A stretch of DNA of 34,626 nucleotides from Octopus bimaculoides (Eukaryota), in NCBI RefSeq assembly GCF_001194135.2, contig NC_068981.1, forward strand, positions 137,963,569-137,998,194, in the 5' to 3' direction. The notes under the pieces were generated by a model, which saw only the letters and a program-made list of their open reading frames with translations, was not told where the DNA came from and ran no database searches. Positions 33,435 through 34,626 of the stretch are shown here, in pieces. Made by a program: the position numbers and the translations under genes. How positions within the stretch are numbered: position 1 is the first letter of the stretch; each line of letters starts with the position of its first letter.

Positions 33435-33580
33435 ACTGGTTTAAAATTTTGGCACAAGGCCAGCAATTTCATGGGAAGTATAAGTTGATTACATCGAACC
33501 TAGGGCTCAACTCGTACTTATTTTATCGACCTCGAAGGGATGAAATGTAAAGTCGACATCGGCGAATTTTGAACTCAGAA
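33435..33580 (-). mobile_element. SINE type B copy, truncated
   Basis: GGCACAAGGCCAGCAATTTC...TACTTATTTTATCGACCTCGAAGGGATGAAATGTAAAGTCGACATCGGCGAATTTTGAACTCAGAA. Confidence 0.82.
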
Positions 33581-33639
33581 TATATATATATATATTCTGA
33601 CACCCGTACCTTGAGGGTATACCCTGTTACTTCGCCACC

Positions 33640-33913
33640 ATTTCTTTCCTGCTCACTCTCTCTCTCTCTCGTTCTCTCTCTCTCTCTCTCTCGTTCTCTC
33701 TCTCTCTTACTCTGTCTCTCTCTTACTCTGTCTCTCTCTTACTCTGTCTCTCTTACTCTCTCTCTCTTACTCTCTCTCTCTCTTACTCTCTCTCTCTTAT
33801 TCTCTCTCTCTCTCTCTTATTCTCTCTCTCTCTCTCTTATTCTCTCTCTCTTACTCTCTCTCTCTTATTCTCTCTCACTCTCTCTTATTCTCTCTCTCTT
33901 ACTCTCTCTCTCT

Positions 33914-33945
<32 letters not shown>
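33640..33945. repeat. (CT)n-based compound minisatellite with recurring CTTA(C/T)T interruptions
   Basis: Direct reading. Confidence 0.92.
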
Positions 33946-33948
<3 letters not shown>

Positions 33949-34077
33949 CGGGTAATTATGTATCTCTTCTACAGCAGGACACCTGTCTCTATCTCTCTGT
34001 TACACTGTAACCTTTCATCATCTGACACAAGATCACTTCCTCCAATTCCCCCTCCCTTGTCTTACAAGTTATATGAC

Positions 34078-34362
34078 GATCCTGCTAGTGTTGGTGCCAC
34101 ATCAAAAGCATCCAGTCCACACTGTAAAGTGGTTGTTGGCGTTTCAAAGGGCATCCAACAGTAAAAACCAAGACAAAACTGATCTAGTATGAGCTGGGTC
34201 TCCGTAAAAAAGCACTCAGTCCACTCTGCGGAGTAGTTGGTGTCATGAAGGGCATCGAGTCGTAAAAGCCATGTCAAAACAGACATTGAAGATTGGTGCG
34301 GGCTTCTGTCAAACCGTCCAACCCATGCTAGCCTGAAAAGCCGCCGATACATGATGATGATA
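34078..34362 (+). mobile_element. SINE 3' portion with (GAT)n tail and internally duplicated core
   Basis: AAAAGCA..CAGTCCAC.CTG...AAGGGCATC...GTAAAA.CCA occurs at about 34104-34170 and about 34208-34272; the element ends ATGATGATGAT. The core recalls the V-SINE domain (from memory). Confidence 0.6.
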
Positions 34363-34626
34363 AGGAGGAGGATGAATTTGTGCGTGCGTATACACAAACA
34401 CACACACATACACACCCACACCCACACACACACACACACACACACATATATAGATATATAGGTATATACATACATATAAACATACATATATATAAATATA
34501 CATACAGACATATATATACATAGACGCAGAAAATAAGGTTGCCCTGAACGTGAAGTTGTAGTCCTATTGATAAAATCCCAAATTTGTAATACATATATAT
34601 GTATATGCATATATATATATATATAT

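Noticed and set aside
33569-33955. 128-aa Leu/Ser-rich ORF
   Set aside because: It is a translation of the (CT)n minisatellite.

Overview
AT-rich eukaryotic non-coding DNA from a draft assembly, with 11 N-gaps totalling about 3.7 kb. The SINE and microsatellite content resembles coleoid cephalopod (Octopus-like) genomes; that assignment is from recall, not a database search. I find no intact host gene, rRNA, true tRNA or CRISPR array, and most ORFs in the track are microsatellite or gap artefacts. The window is a mosaic of decayed mobile DNA: at least three tRNA-derived SINE types, CR1/L2-like LINE remnants, Penelope-like (PLE) remnants (a GIY-YIG endonuclease and hammerhead-ribozyme-like motifs), a DD37D (maT) transposase remnant and an internally deleted mariner. 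The most notable structure is a non-autonomous DNA-transposon family with three complete copies and one probable solo arm. Each complete copy has GGATC...GATCC ends, an exact 8-bp target-site duplication (TSD), a second inner inverted repeat of about 60 bp and a core of telomeric TTAGGG repeats.
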